Origin: Eledone cirrhosa | Lineage: Eukaryota | Assembly (NCBI GenBank): GCA_964016885.1 | Contig: OZ024740.1 | Span: 398,288,001 to 398,352,000 of the forward strand | Direction: 5' to 3' | DNA: 64,000 nucleotides | Shown: positions 29,001 through 45,900 of the stretch, piece by piece | How positions within the stretch are numbered: position 1 is the first letter of the stretch | Layout: every line of letters begins with the position of its first letter | Notes under the pieces: model-generated | The model's database searches: none | What the model was told of the DNA's origin: nothing | The model's input: the letters and a program-made list of their open reading frames with translations, nothing else | Position numbers and translations under genes: made by a program

Positions 29001-32000
29001 ACTCAGACTGTCATATTGTATCACTCAGACTGTCATATAGTATCACTCAGACTGTCATATAGTATCACTCAGACTGTCATATAGTATCACTCAGACTGTC
29101 ATATAGTATCACTCAGACTGTCATATTGTATCATTCAGACTGTCATATTGTATCACTCAGCCTGTCATATGGTATCACTCAGACTGTCATATAGTATCAC
29201 TCAGACTGTCATATTGTATCATTCAGACTGTCATATTGTATCACTCAGCCTGTCATATGGTATCACTCAGACTGTCATATTGTATCACTCAGACTGTCAT
29301 ATTGTATCATTCAGACTGTCATATAGTATCACTCAGACTGTCATATAGTATCACTCAGACTGTCATATAGTATCACTCAGACTGTCATATTGTATCACCC
29401 AGGCTGTCATATAGTATCACTCAGACTGTCATATTGTATCACTCAGACTATCGTATAATATCACTCAGACTGTCATATAGTATCACTCAGACTGTCATAT
29501 AGTATCACTCAGACTGTCATATTGTAGCACTCAGACTATCATATAGTATCTCTCAGACTGTCATATTGTATCATTCAGACTGTTATATTGTATCACTCAG
29601 ACTGTCATATTGTATCGGCCAGACTGTCATATTGTATCACTCAGACTGTCATATTGTACCACTCAGACTGTCGTATAGTATCACTCAGACTGTCATATAG
29701 TATCAATCAGACTGTCGTATTGTATCACCCAGACTGTCATATAGTATCACTCAGACTGTCATATAGTGTCACTCAGACTGTCATATAGTATCACTCAGAC
29801 TGTCATATTGTATCACTCAGACTGTCGTATAGTATCACTCAGACTGTCATATAGTATCACTCAGACTGTCGTATAGCATCACTCAGACTGTCATATAGTA
29901 TCACTCAGACTGTCATATAGTATCACTCAGACTATCATATAGTATCACTCAGACTGTCGTATTGTATCACCCAGACTGTCATATTGTATCACTCAGACTG
30001 TCATATTGTATCACTCAGACTGTCGTATAGTATCACTCAGACTGTCATATAGTATCACTCAGACTGTCTTATTGTATCACTCAGACTGTCATATTGTATC
30101 ACTCAGACTGTCATATTGTATCACTCAGACTGTCATATTGTATCACCCAGACTGTCATATTGTATCACTCAGACTGTCATATTGTATCACTCAGACTGTC
30201 ATATTGTATCACCCAGACTGTCATATAGTATCACTCAGACTGTCATATTGTATCACTCAGACTATCGTATAGTATCACTCAGACTGTCATATAGTATCAC
30301 TCAGACTGTCATATAGTATCACTCAGACTGTCATATTGTATCACTCAGACTGTCATATAGTATCTCTCAGACTGTCATATTGTATCATTCAGACTGTCAT
30401 ATTGTATCACTCAGACTGTCATATTGTATCACCCAGACTGTTATATTGTATCACTCAGACTGTCATATTGTATCACTCAAACTGTCGTATAGTATCACTC
30501 AGACTGTCATATAGTATCACTCAGACTGTCATATAGTATCACTCAGACTGTCGTATTGTATCACCCACACTGTCATATAGTATCACTCAGACTGTCATAT
30601 AGTATCACTCAGACTGTCATATAGTACCACTCAGACTGTCATATTGTATCACTCAGACTGTCGTATAGTATCACTCAGACTGTCATATAGTATCACTCAG
30701 ACTGTCATATAGTATCACTCAGACTGTCATATAGTATCACTCAGACTGTCATATAGTATCACTCAGACTGTCGTATTGTATCACCCAGACTGTCATATTG
30801 TATCACTCAGACTGTCATATTGTATCACTCAGACTGTCGTATAGTATCACTCAGACTGTCATATAGTATCACTCAGACTGTCATATAGTATCACTCAGAC
30901 TGTCATATAGTATCACTCAGACTGTCATATAGTATCACTCAGACTGTCGTATTGTATCACCCAGACTGTCATATTGTATCACTGTCGTATAGTATCACTC
31001 AGACTGTCATATTGTATCACTCAGACTGTCATATTGTATCACTCAGACTGTCATATTGTATCACTCAGACTGTCATATACTATCACTCAGACTGTCATAT
31101 AGTATCACTCAGACTGTCATATAGCATCACTCAGACTGTCATATAGTATCACTCAGACTGTCATATTGTATCAGTCAGACTGTCATATTGTATCTCTCAG
31201 ACTGTCATATTGTATCATTCAGACTGTCATATTGTATCACTCAGACTGTCATATAGTATCACTCAGACTGTCATATAGTATCATTCAGACTGTCATATAA
31301 TATCACTCAGACTGTCATATAGTATCATTCAGACTGACATATTGTATCACTCATACTGTCATATAGTATCACTCAGACTGTCATATTGTATCACTCAGAC
31401 TGTCATATAGTATCTCTCAGACTGTCATATAGTATCACTCAGACTGTCATATAGTATCACTCAGACTGTCATATTGTATCACTGAGACGGTCATATTGTA
31501 TCACTCAGACTGTCATATAGTATCACTCAGACTGTCATATTGTATCACTCAGACTGTCATATAGTATCACTCTGACTGTCATATTGTATCTCTCAGACTG
31601 TCATAAAGTATCACTCAGACTGTCATATTGTATCACTCAGACTGTCATATAGTATCATTCAGACTGTCATATTGTATCACTCAGACTCAAATATAGTATC
31701 ATTCAGACTGTCACTTTGTATCACTCAGACTGTCATATGGTATCTCTCAGACTGTCATATAGTATCATTCAGACTGTCATATTGTATCACTCAGACTGTC
31801 ATATAGTATCTCTCAGACTGTCGTATAGTATCACTCAGACTGTCATATAGTATCATTCAGACTGTCATATTGTATCACTCAGACTGTCATATTGTATCAT
31901 TCAGACTGTCATATAGTATCACTCAGACTGTCATGTAGTATCACTCAGACTGTCATATACTATCACCCAGACTGTCATATTGTATCACTCAGACTGTCAT

Positions 32001-33900
32001 ATAGTATTACTCAGACTGTCATATAGCATCACTCAGACTGTTATATAGTATCACCCAGACTGTCATATTGTATCACTCAGACTGTCATATTGTATCATTC
32101 AGACTGTCATATAATATCACTCAGACTGTCATATAGTATCACGCAGACTGTCCTATAGTATCACTCAGACTGTCATATTCTATCATTCAGACTGTCATAT
32201 AGTATCACTCAGACTGTCATATAGTATCACTCAGACTGTCATATAGTATCACTCAGACTGTCGTATTGTATCACTCAGACTGTCATATTGTATCACTCGG
32301 ACTGTCATATGGTATCACTCAGACTGTCTTATTGTATCACTCAGACTGTCATATTGTATCACTCAGACTGTCATATTGTATCACTCAGACTGTCATATTG
32401 TATCACCCAGACTGTCATATAGTATCACTCAGACTGTCATATTGTATCACTCAGACTATCGTATAGTATCACTCAGACTGTCATATAGTATCACTCAGAC
32501 TGTCATATAGTATCACTCAGACTGTCATATTGTATCACTCAGACTGTCATATAGTATCTCTCAGACTGTCATATTGTATCATTCAGACTGTCATATTGTA
32601 TCACTCATACTGTCATATTGTATCACCCAGACTGTTATATTGTATCACTCACACTGTCATATTGTATCACTCACACTGTCATATAGTATCCCTCAGACTG
32701 TCGTATTGTATCACCCAGAATGTCGTATAGTATCACTCAGACTGTCATATAGTATCACTCAGACTGTCATATAGTATCACTCAGACTGTCATATTGTATC
32801 ACTCAGACTGTCATATAGTATCACTCAGACTGTCATATAGTATCACTCAGACTGTCATATTGTATCATTCAGACTGTCATATAGTATCACTCAGACTGTC
32901 ATATTGTATCTCTCAGACTGTCATAAAGTATCACTCAGACTGTCATATTGTATCACTCAGACTGTCATATAGTATCATTCAGACTGTCATATTGTATCAC
33001 TCAGACTCAAATATAGTATCATTCAGACTGTCATTTTGTATCACTCAGACTGTCATAAGGTATCTCTCACACTGTCATATGGTATCATTCAGACTGTCAT
33101 ATTGTATCACTCAGACTGTCATATAGTATCTCTCAGACTGTCGTATAGTATCACTCAGACTGTCATATTGTATCATTCAGACTGTCATATAGTATCACTC
33201 AGACTGTCATATCGTATCACCCATACTGTCATATTGTATCACTCAGACTGTCATATAGTATCACCCAGACTGTCATATTGTATCACTCAGACTGTCATAT
33301 TGTATCATTCAGACTGTCATATAATATCACTCAGACTGTCATATAGTATCACTCAGACTGTCCTATAGTGTCTCTCAGACTGTCATATTGTATCATTCAG
33401 ACTGTCATAGAGTATCACTCAGACTGTCATATAGTATCACTGAGACTGTCATATAGTATCACACAGACTGTCGTATTGTATCACTCAGACTGTCATATTG
33501 TATCACTCAGACTGTCATATGGTATCACTCAGACTGTCATATTGTATCACTCAGTCTGTCATATAGTATCACTCAGACTGTCATATTGTATCTCTCAGTC
33601 TTTCATATTGTATCACACAGACTGTCATATTGTATCACTCAGACTGTCATATTGTATCATTCAGACTGTCATATTGTATCATTCAGACTGTCATATTGTA
33701 TCACTCAGACTGTCATATAGTATCACTCAGACTGTCATATAGTATCACTCAGACTGTCATATTGTATCATTCAGACTGTCATATTGTATCACTCAGACTG
33801 TCATATGGTATCACTCAGACTGTCATATTGTATCACTCAGACTGTCATATTGTATCATTCAGACTGTCATATAGTATCACTCAGACTGTCATATTGTATC
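20100..33900. repeat. Older 10,293-bp-spaced duplication (~20.1-23.8 kb vs ~30.4-33.9 kb)
   Basis: Markers at constant offset 10293: 16-bp monomer 20683/30976, GACTCAAATA 21391/31684, ORFs 21973/32266. 10293 = 468x22 - 6 + 3, matching the indels in between. More substitutions between copies than in the other duplications; ends approximate. Confidence 0.85.
23615..29810. repeat. 3081-bp (140 monomers + 1 bp) near-perfect tandem duplication
   Basis: Offsets 23954/27035, 24196/27277, 25363/28444, 26507/29588 are all 3081; private variants (GTATCGGCCAG, GTAGCACT, 23-bp monomer) are in both copies. Confidence 0.93.
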
Positions 33901-33999
33901 ACTCAGACTGTCATATAGTATCACTCAGACTGTCGTATTGTATCACCCAGACTGTCATATTGTATCACTCAGACTGTCATATTGTATCACTCAGACTGT

Positions 34000-36900
34000 C
34001 GTATAGTATCACTCAGACTGTCATATATTATCACTCAGACTGTCATATAGTATCACTCAGACTGTCATATAGTATCACTCAGACTTTTATATAGTATCAC
34101 TCAGACTGTCGTATTGTATCACCCAGACTGTCATATTGTATCACTGTCGTATAGTATCACTCAGACTGTCATATTGTATCACTCAGACTGTCATATTGTA
34201 TCACTCAGACTGTCATATTGTGTCACTCAGACTGTCATATAGTATCACTCAGACTGTCATATAGTATCACTCAGACTGTAATATAGTATCACTCAGACTG
34301 TCGTATTGTATCACCCAGACTGTCATATAGTATCACTCAGACTGTCATATAGTATCACTCAGACTGTCATATAGTATCACTCAGACTGTCATATTGTATC
34401 ACTCAGACTGTCATATAGTATCACTCAGACTGTCATATAGTATCACTCAGACTGTCATATAGTATCACTCAGACTGTCGTATTGTATCACCCAGACTGTC
34501 ATATTGTATCACTGTCGTATAGTATCACTCAGACTGTAATATAGTATCACTCAGACTGTCTTATTGTATCACTCAGACTGTCATATTGTATCACTCAGAC
34601 TGTCATATTGTATCACTCAGACTGTCATATTGTATCACCCAGACTGTCATATAGTATCACTCAGACTGTCATATTGTATCACTCAGACTATCGTATAGTA
34701 TCACTCAGACTGTCATATAGTATCACTCAGACTGTTATACTGTATCACTCAGACTGTCATATTGTATCACTCAGACTGTCGTATAGTATCACTCAGACTG
34801 TCATATAGTATCACTCAGACTGTCATATAGTATCACTCAGACTGTCATATAATACCACTCAGACTGTCATATTGTATCACTCAGACTGTCGTATAGTATC
34901 ACTCAGACTGTCATATAGTATCACTCAGACTGTCATATAGTATAACTCAGACTGTCATATAGTATCACTCAGACTGTCGTATTGTATCACCCAGACTGTC
35001 ATATAGTATCACTCAGACTGTCATATAGTATCACTCAGACTGTCATATTGTATCACTCAGACTGTCATATTGTATCACTCAGACTGTCATATAGTATCAC
35101 TCAGACTGTCATATAGTATCACTCAGACTGTCATATAGTATCACTCAGACTGTCGTATTGTATCACCCAGACTGTCATATAGTATCACTCAGACTGTCGT
35201 GTTGTATCACCCACACTGTCATATAGTATCACTCAGACTGTCATATAGTATCACTCAGACTGTCATATAGTACCACTCAGACTGTCATATTGTATCACTC
35301 AGACTGTCGTATAGTATCACTCAGATTGTCATATAGTATCACTCAGACTGTCATATAGTATAACTCAGACTGTCATATAGTATCACTCAGACTGTCATAT
35401 AGTATCACTCAGACTGTCGTATTGTATCACCCAGACTGTCATATTGTATCACTCAGACTGTCATATTGTATCACTCAGACTGTCGTATAGTATCACTCAG
35501 ACTGTCATATATTATCACTCAGACTGTCATATAGTATCACTCAGACTGTCATATAGTATCACTCAGACTTTCATATAGTATCACTCAGACTGTCGTATTG
35601 TATCACCCAGACTGTCATATTGTATCACTGTCGTATAGTATCACTCAGACTGTCATATTGTATCACTCAGACTGTCATAATGTATCACTCAGACTGTCAT
35701 ATTGTATCACTCAGACTGTCTTATAGTATCACTCAGACTGTCATATAGTATCACTCAGACTGTCATATAGTATCACTCAGACTGTCGTATTGTATCACCC
35801 AGACTGTCATATAGTATCACTCAGACTGTCATATAGTATCACTCAGACTGTCATATAGTATCACTCAGACTGTCATATTGTATCAGTCAGACTGTCATAT
35901 TGTATCTCTCAGACTGTCATATTGTATCATTCAGACTGTCATATAGTATCACTCAGACTGTCATATAGTATCACTCAGACTGTCATATAGTATCACTCAG
36001 ACTGTCATATAGTACCACTCAGACTGTCATATTGTATCACTCAGACTGTCGTATAGTATCACTCAGACTGTCATATAGTATCACTCAGACTGTCATATAG
36101 TATCACTCAGACTGTCATATAGTATCACTCAGACTGTCATATAGTATCACTCAGACTGTCGTATTGTATCACCCAGACTGTCATATTGTATCACTCAGAC
36201 TGTCATATTGTATCACTCAGACTGTCGTATAGTATCACTTAGACTGTCATATAGTATCACTCAGACTGTCATATAGTATCACTCAGACTGTCATATAGTA
36301 TCACTCAGACTGTCATATAGTATCACTCAGACTGTCGTATTGTATCACCCAGACTGTCATATTGTATCACTGTCGTATAGTATCACTCAGACTGTCATAT
36401 AGTATCACTCAGACTGTCTTATTGTATCACTCAGACTGTCATATTGTATCACTCAGACTGTCATATTGTATCACTCAGACTGTCATATTGTATCACCCAG
36501 ACTGTCATATAGTATCACTCAGACTGTCATATTGTATCACTCAGACTATCGTATAGTATCACTCAGACTGTCATATAGTATCACTCAGACTGTCATATAG
36601 TATCACTCAGACTGTCATATTGTATCACTCAGACTGTCATATAGTATCTCTCAGACTGTCATATTGTATCATTCAGACTGTCATATTGTATCACCCAGAC
36701 TGTTATATTGTATCACTCAGACTGTCATATTGTATCACTCAGACTGTCGTATAGTATCACTCAGACTGTCATATAGTATCACTCAGACTGTCATATAGTA
36801 TCACTCAGACTGTCGTGTTGTATCACCCACACTGTCATATAGTATCACTCAGACTGTCATATAGTATCACTCAGACAGTCATATAGTACCACTCAGACTG

Positions 36901-39900
36901 TCATATTGTATCACTCAGACTGTCGTATAGTATCACTCAGACTGTCATATAGTATCACTCAGACTGTCATATAGTATCACTCAGACTGTCATATAGTATC
37001 ACTCAGACTGTCATATAGTATCACTCAGACTGTCGTATTGTATCACCCAGACTGTCATATTGTATCACTCAGACTGTCATATTGTATCACTCAGACTGTC
37101 GTATAGTATCACTCAGACTGTCATATATTATCACTCAGACTGTCATATAGTATCACTCAGACTGTCATATAGTATCACTCAGACTGTCATATAGTATCAC
37201 TCAGACTGTCGTATTGTATCACCCAGACTGTCGTATTGTATCACTGTCGTATAGTATCACTCAGACTGTCATATTGTATCACTCAGACTGTCATATTGTA
37301 TCACTCAGACTGTCATATTGTATCACTCAGACTGTCATATAGTATCACTCAGACTGTCATATAGTATCACTCAGACTGTCATATAGTATCACTCAGACTG
37401 TCGTATTGTATCACCCAGACTGTCATATAGTATCACTCAGACTGTCATATAGTATCACTCAGACTGTCATATAGTATCACTCAGACTGTCATATTGTATC
37501 AGTCAGACTGTCATATTGTATCTCTCAGACTGTCATATTGTATCATTCAGACTGTCATATAGTATCACTCAGACTGTCATATAGTATCACTCAGACTGTC
37601 ATATAGTATCACTCAGACTGTCATATAATACCACTCAGGCTGTCATATTGTATCACTCAGACTGTCGTATAGTATCACTCAGACTGTCATATAGTATCAC
37701 TCAGACTGTCATATAGTATCACTCAGACTGTCATATAGTATCACGCAGACTGTCATATAGTATCACTCAGACTGTCGTATTGTATCACCCAGACTGTCAT
37801 ATTGTATCACTCAGACTGTCATATTGTATCACTCAGACTGTCGTATAGTATCACTCAGACTGTCATATAGTATCACTCAGACTGTCATATAGTATCACTC
37901 AGACTGTCATATAGTATCACTCAGACTGTCATATAGTATCACTCAGACTGTCGTATTGTATCACCCAGACTGTCATATTGTATCACTGTCGTATAGTATC
38001 ACTCAGACTGTCATATTGTATCACTCAGACTGTCCTATTGTATCACTCAGACTGTCATATTGTATCACTCAGACTGTCATATAGTATCACTCAGACTGTC
38101 ATATAGTATCACTCAGGCTGTCATATAGTATCACTCAGACTGTCGTATTGTATCACCCAGACTGTCATATAGTATCACTCAGACTGTCATATAGTATCAC
38201 TCAGACTGTCATATAGTATCACTCAGACTGTCATATTGTATCAGTCAGAGTGTCATATTGTATCTCTCAGACTGTCATATTGTATCATTCAGACTGTCAT
38301 ATAGTATCACTCAGACTGTCATATAGTATCACTCAGACTGTCGTATTGTATCACTCAAACTGTCATATTGTATCACTCAGACTGTCATATGGTATCACTC
38401 AGGCTGTCATATTGTATCACTCAGACTGTCATATAGTATATCTCAGACTGTCATATTGTATCACTCAGACTGTCATATAGTATCACTCAGACTGTCATAT
38501 TGTATCACTCAGACTGTCATATAGTATCTCTCAGACTGTCATATAGTATCACTCAGACTGTCATATAGTATCACTCAGACTGTCATATAGTACCACTCAG
38601 ACTGTCATATTGTATAACTCAGACTGTCGTATAGTATCACTCAGACTGTCATATAGTATCACTCAGACTGTCATATAGTATCACTCAGACTGTCATATAG
38701 TATCACTCAGACTGTCATATAGTATCACTCAGACTGTCGTATTGTATCACCCAGACTGTCATATTGTATCACTCAGACTGTCGTATAGTATCACTCAGAC
38801 TGTCATATAGTATCACTCAGACTGTCATATAGTATCACTCAGACTGTCATATAGTATCACTCAGACTGTCATATAGTATCACTCAGACTGTCGTATTGTA
38901 TCACCCAGACTGTCATATTGTATCACTGTCGTATAGTATCACTCAGACTGCCATATTGTATCACTCAGACTGTCATATTGTATGACTCAGACTGTCATAT
39001 AGTATCACTCAGACTGTCATTTAGTATCACTCAGACTGTCATATAGTATCACTCAGACTGTCGTATTGTATCACCCAGACTGTCATGTAGTATCACTCAG
39101 ACTGTCATATAGTATCACTCAGACTGTCATATAGTATCACTCAGACTGTCATATTGTATCAGTCAGACTGTCATATTGTATCTCTCAGACTGTCATATTG
39201 TATCATTCAGACTGTCATATAGTATCACTCAGACTGTCATATAGTATCACTCAGACTGTCGTATTGTATCACTCAGACTGTCATATGGTATCACTCAGAC
39301 TATCGTATTGTATCACCCAGACTGTCATATTGTATCACTCAGACTGTCATATTGTATCTCTCAGACTGTCATATTGTATCACACAGACTGTCATATAGTA
39401 TCACTCAGACTGTCATATAATACCACTCAGGCTGTCATATTGTATCACTCAGACTGTCGTATAGTATCACTCAGATTGTCATATAGTATCACTCAGACTG
39501 TCATATAGTATCACTCAGACTGTCATATAGTATCACTCAGACTGTCATATAGTATCACTCAGACTGTCGTATTGTATCACCCAGACTGTCATATTGTATC
39601 ACTCAGACTGTCATATTGTATCACTCAGACTGTCGTATAGTATCACTCAGACTGTCATATAGTATCACTCAGACTGTCATATAGTATCACTCAGACTGTC
39701 ATATAGTATCACTCAGACTGTCATATAGTATCACTCAGACTGTCGTATTGTATCACCCAGACTGTCATATTGTATCACTGTCGTATAGTATCACTCAGAC
39801 TGTCATATTGTATCACTCAGACTGTCATATTGTATCACTCAGACTGTCATATTGTATCACTTAGACTGTCATATAGTATCACTCAGACTGTCATATAGTA

Positions 39901-42900
39901 TCACTCAGACTGCCATATAGTATCACTCAGACTGTCGTATTGTATCACCCAGACTGTCATATAGTATCACTCAGACTGTCATATAGTATCACTCAGACTG
40001 TCATATAGTATCACTCAGACTGTCATATTGTATCAGTCAGAGTGTCATATTGTATCTCTCAGACTGTCATATTGTATCATTCAGACTGTCATATAGTATC
40101 ACTCAGACTGTCATATAGTATCACTCAGACTGTCGTATTGTATCACTCAAACTGTCATATTGTATCACTCAGACTGTCATATGGTATCACTCAGACTGTC
40201 ATATTGTATCACTCAGACTGTCATATAGTATATCTCAGACTGTCATATTGTATCACTCAGACTGTCATATAGTATCTCTCAGACTGTCATATAGTATGAC
40301 TCAGACTGTCATATAGTATCACTCAGACTGTCATATAGTACCACTCAGACTGTCATATTGTATCACTCAGACTGTCGTATAGTATCACTCAGACTGTCAT
40401 ATAGTATCACTCAGACTGTCATATAGTATCACTCAGACTGTCATATAGTATCACTCAGACTGTCATATAGTATCACTCAGACTGTCGTATTGTATCACCC
40501 AGACTGTCATATTGTATCACTCAGACTGTCGTATAGTATCACTCAGACTGTCATATAGTATCACTCAGACTGTCATATAGCATCACTCAGAATGTCATGT
40601 AGTATCACTCAGACTGTCATATAGTATCACTCAGACTGTCGTATAGTATCACTCAGACTGTCATATTGTATCACTCAGACTGTCATATTGTATCACTCAG
40701 ACTGTCATATAGTATCACTCAGACTGTCATTTAGTATCACTCAGACTGTCATATAGTATCACTCAGACTGTCGTATTGTATCACCCAGACTGTCATATAG
40801 TATCACTCAGACTGTCATATAGTATCACTCAGACTGTCATATAGTATCACTCAGACTGTCATATTGTATCAGTCAGACTGTCATATTGTATCTCTCAGAC
40901 TGTCATATTGTATCATTCAGACTGTCATATAGTATCACTCAGACTGTCATATAGTATCACTCAGACTGTCATATTGTATCACTCAGACTGTCGTATAGTA
41001 TCACTCAGACTGTCATATATTATCACTCAGACTGTCATATAGTATCACTCAGACTGTCATATAGTATCACTCAGACTGTCATATAGTATCACTCAGACTG
41101 TCGTATTGTATCACCCAGACTGTCGTATTGTATCACTGTCGTATAGTATCACTCAGACTGTCATATTGTATCACTCAGACTGTCATATTGTATCACTCAG
41201 ACTGTCATATTGTATCACTCAGACTGTCATATAGTATCACTCAGACTGTCATATAGTATCACTCAGACTGTCATATAGTATCACTCAGACTGTCGTATTG
41301 TATCACCCAGACTGTCATATAGTATCTCTCAGACTGTCATATAGTATCACTCAGACTGTCATATAGTATCACTCAGACTGTCATATTGTATCAGTCAGAC
41401 TGTCATATTGTATCTCTCAGACTGTCATATTGTATCATTCAGACTGTCATATAGTATCACTCAGACTGTCATATAGTATCACTCAGACTGTCATATAGTA
41501 TCACTCAGACTGTCATATAATACCACTCAGGCTGTCATATTGTATCAGTCAGACTGTCGTATAGTATCACTCAGACTGTCATATAGTATCACTCAGACTG
41601 TCATATAGTATCACTCAGACTGTCATATAGTATCACTCAGACTGTCATATAGTATCACTCAGACTGTCGTATTGTATCACCCAGACTGTCATATTGTATC
41701 ACTCAGACTGTCATATTGTATCACTCAGACTGTCGTATAGTATCACTCAGACTGTCATATAGTATCACTCAGACTGTCGTATTGTATCACCCAGACTGTC
41801 ATATAGTATCACTCAGACTGTCATATAGTATCACTCAGACTGTCATATAGTATCACTCAGACTGTCATATTGTATCAGTCAGACTGTCATATTGTATCTC
41901 TCAGACTGTCATATTGTATCATTCAGACTGTCATATAGTATCACTCAGACTGTCATATAGTATCACTCAGACTGTCATATTGTATCACTCAGACTGTCGT
42001 ATAGTATCACTCAGACTGTCATATATTATCACTCAGACTGTCATATAGTATCACTCAGACTGTCATATAGTATCACTCAGACTGTCATATAGTATCACTC
42101 AGACTGTCGTATTGTATCACCCAGACTGTCGTATTGTATCACTGTCGTATAGTATCACTCAAACTGTCATATTGTATCACTCAGACTGTCATATTGTATC
42201 ACTCAGACTGTCATATTGTATCACTCAGACTGTCATATAGTATCACTCAGACTGTCATATAGTATCACTCAGACTGTCATATAGTATCACTCAGACTGTC
42301 GTATTGTATCACCCAGACTGTCATATAGTATCTCTCAGACTGTCATATAGTATCACTCAGACTGTCATATAGTATCACTCAGACTGTCATATTGTATCAG
42401 TCAGACTGTCATATTGTATCTCTCAGACTGTCATATTGTATCATTCAGACTGTCATATAGTATCACTCAGACTGTCATATAGTATCACTCAGACTGTCAT
42501 ATAGTATCACTCAGACTGTCATATAATACCACTCAGGCTGTCATATTGTATCAGTCAGACTGTCGTATAGTATCACTCAGACTGTCATATAGTATCACTC
42601 ATACTGTCATATAGTATCACTCAGACTGTCATATAGTATCACTCAGACTGTCATATAGTATCACTCAGACTGTCGTATTGTATCACCCAGACTGTCATAT
42701 TGTATCACTCAGACTGTCATATTGTATCACTCAGACTGTCGTATAGTATCACTCAGACTGTCATATAGTATCACTCAGACTGTCATATAGTATCACTCAG
42801 ACTGTCATATAGTATCACTCAGACTGTCATATAGTATCACTCAGACTGTCGTATTGTATCACCCACACTGTCATATTGTATCACTGTCGTATAGTATCAC

Positions 42901-45900
42901 TCAGACTGTCATATTGTATCACTCAGACTGTCATATTGTATCACTCAGACTGTCATATTGTATCACTCAGACTGTCATATAGTATCACTCAGACTGTCAT
43001 ATAGTACCACTCAGACTGTCATATGGTATCACTCAGACTGTCGTATTGTATCACCCAGACTGTCATATAGTATCACTCAGACTGTCATATAGTATCACTC
43101 AGACTGTCATATAGTATCACTCAGACTGTCATATTGTATCAGTCAGAGTGTCATATTGTATCTCTCAGACTGTCATATTGTATCATTCAGACTGTCATAT
43201 AGTATCACTCAGACTGTCATATAGTATCACTCAGACTGTCGTATTGTATCACTCAAACTGTCATATTGTATCACTCAGACTGTCATATGGTATCACTCAG
43301 ACTGTCATATTGTATCACTCAGACTGTCATATAGTATATCTCAGACTGTCATATTGTATCACTCAGACTGTCATATAGTATCACTCAGACTGTCATATTG
43401 TATCACTCAGACTGTCATATAGTATCTCTCAGACTGTCATATAGTATCACTCAGACTGTCATATAGTATCACTCAGACTGTCATATAGTACCACTCAGAC
43501 TGTCATATTGTATCACTCAGACTGTCGTATAGTATCACTCAGACCGTCATATAGTATCACTCAGACTGTCATATAGTATCACTCAGACTGTCATATAGTA
43601 TCACTCAGACTGTCATATAGTATCACTCAGACTGTCGTATTGTATCACCCAGACTGTCATATTGTATCACTCAGACTGTCATATTGTATCACTCAGACTG
43701 TCGTATAGTATCACTCAGACTATCATATAGTATCACTCAGACTGTCATATAGTATCACTCAGACTGTCATATAGTATCACTCAGACTGTCATATAGTATC
43801 ACTCAGACTGTCGTATTGTATCACCCAGACTGTCATATTGTATCACTGTCGTATAGTATCACTCAGACTGTCATATTGTATCACTCAGACTGTCATATTG
43901 TATCACTCAGACTGTCATATAGTATCACTCAGACTGTCATTTAGTATCACTCAGACTGTCATATAGTATCACTCAGACTGTCGTATTGTATCACCCAGAC
44001 TGTCATATAGTATCACTCAGACTGTCATATAGTATCACTCAGACTGTCATATAGTATCACTCAGACTGTCATATAGTATCACTCAGACTGTCATATAGTA
44101 TCACTCAGACTGTCGTATTGTATCACCCAGACTGTCATATTGTATCACTCAGACTGTCATATTGTATCACTCAGACTGTCGTATAGTATCACTCAGACTG
44201 TCATATAGTATCACTCAGACTGTCATATAGTATCACTCAGACTGTCATATAGTATCACTCAGACTGTCATATAGTATCACTCAGACTGTCGTATTGTATC
44301 ACCCAGACTGTCATATTGTATCACTGTCGTATAGTATCACTCAGACTGTCATATTGTATCACTCAGACTGTCATATTGTATCACTCAGACTGTCATATTG
44401 TATCACTCATACTGTCATATAGTATCACTCAGACTGTCATATAGTATCACTCAGACTGTCATATAGTATCACTCAGACTGTCGTATTGTATCACCCAGAC
44501 TGTCATATAGTATCACTCAGACTGTCATATAGTATCACTCAGACTGTCATATAGTATCACTCAGACTGTCATATTGTATCAGTCAGAGTGTCATATTGTA
44601 TCTCTCAGACTGTCATATTGTATCATTCAGACTGTCATATAGTATCACTCAGACTGTCATATAGTATCACTCAGACTGTCGTATTGTATCACTCAAACTG
44701 TCATATTGTATCACTCAGACTGTCATATGGTATCACTCAGGCTGTCATATTGTATCACTCAGACTGTCATATAGTATATCTCAGACTGTCATATTGTATC
44801 ACTCAGACTGTCATATAGTATCACTCAGACTGTCATATAGTATCACTCAGACTGTCATATAGTACCACTCAGACTGTCATATTGTATCACTCAGACTGTC
44901 GTATAGTATCACTCAGACTGTCATATAGTATCACTCAGACTGTCATATAGTATCACTCAGACTGTCATATAGTATCACTCAGACTGTCATATAGTATCAC
45001 TCAGACTGTCGTATTGTATCACCCAGACTGTCATATTGTATCACTCAGACTGTCGTATAGTATCACTCAGACTGTCATATAGTATCACTCAGACTGTCAT
45101 ATAGTATCACTCATACTGTCATATAGTATCACTCAGACTGTCATATATTATCACTCAGACTGTCGTATTGTATCACCCAGACTGTCATATTGTATCACTG
45201 TCGTATAGTATCACTCAGACTGTCATATTGTATCACTCAGACTGTCATATTGTATCACTCAGACTGTCATATAGTATCACTCAGACTGTCATTTAGTATC
45301 ACTCAGACTGTCATATAGTATCACTCAGACTGTCGTATTGTATCACCCAGACTGTCATGTAGTATCACTCAGACTGTCATATAGTATCACTCCCACTGTC
45401 ATATAGTATCACTCAGACTGTCATATTGTATCAGTCAGACTGTCATATTGTATCTCTCAGACTGTCATATTGTATCATTCAGACTGTCATATAGTATCAC
45501 TCAGACTGTCATATAGTATCACTCAGACTGTCGTATTGTATCACTCAAACTGTCATATTGTATCACTCAGACTGTCATATGGTATCACTCAGACTATCGT
45601 ATTGTATCACCCAGACTGTCATATTGTATCACTCAGACTGTCATATTGTATCTCTCAGACTGTCATATTGTATCATTCAGACTGTCATATAGTATCACTC
45701 AGACTGTCATATAGTATCACACAGACTGTCATATAGTATCACTCAGACTGTCATATAATACCACTCAGGCTGTCATATTGTATCACTCAGACTGTCGTAT
45801 AGTATCACTCAGACTGTCATATAGTATCACTCAGACTGTCATATAGTATCACTCAGACTGTCATATAGTATCACTCAGACTGTCATATAGTATCACTCAG

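Noticed and set aside
38983-40303. Perfect AP-1 sites (TGACTCA) in two variant monomers, and TATA-like CATATAG in many monomers
   Set aside because: Single-base chance variants or part of the repeat; no associated gene or promoter context.
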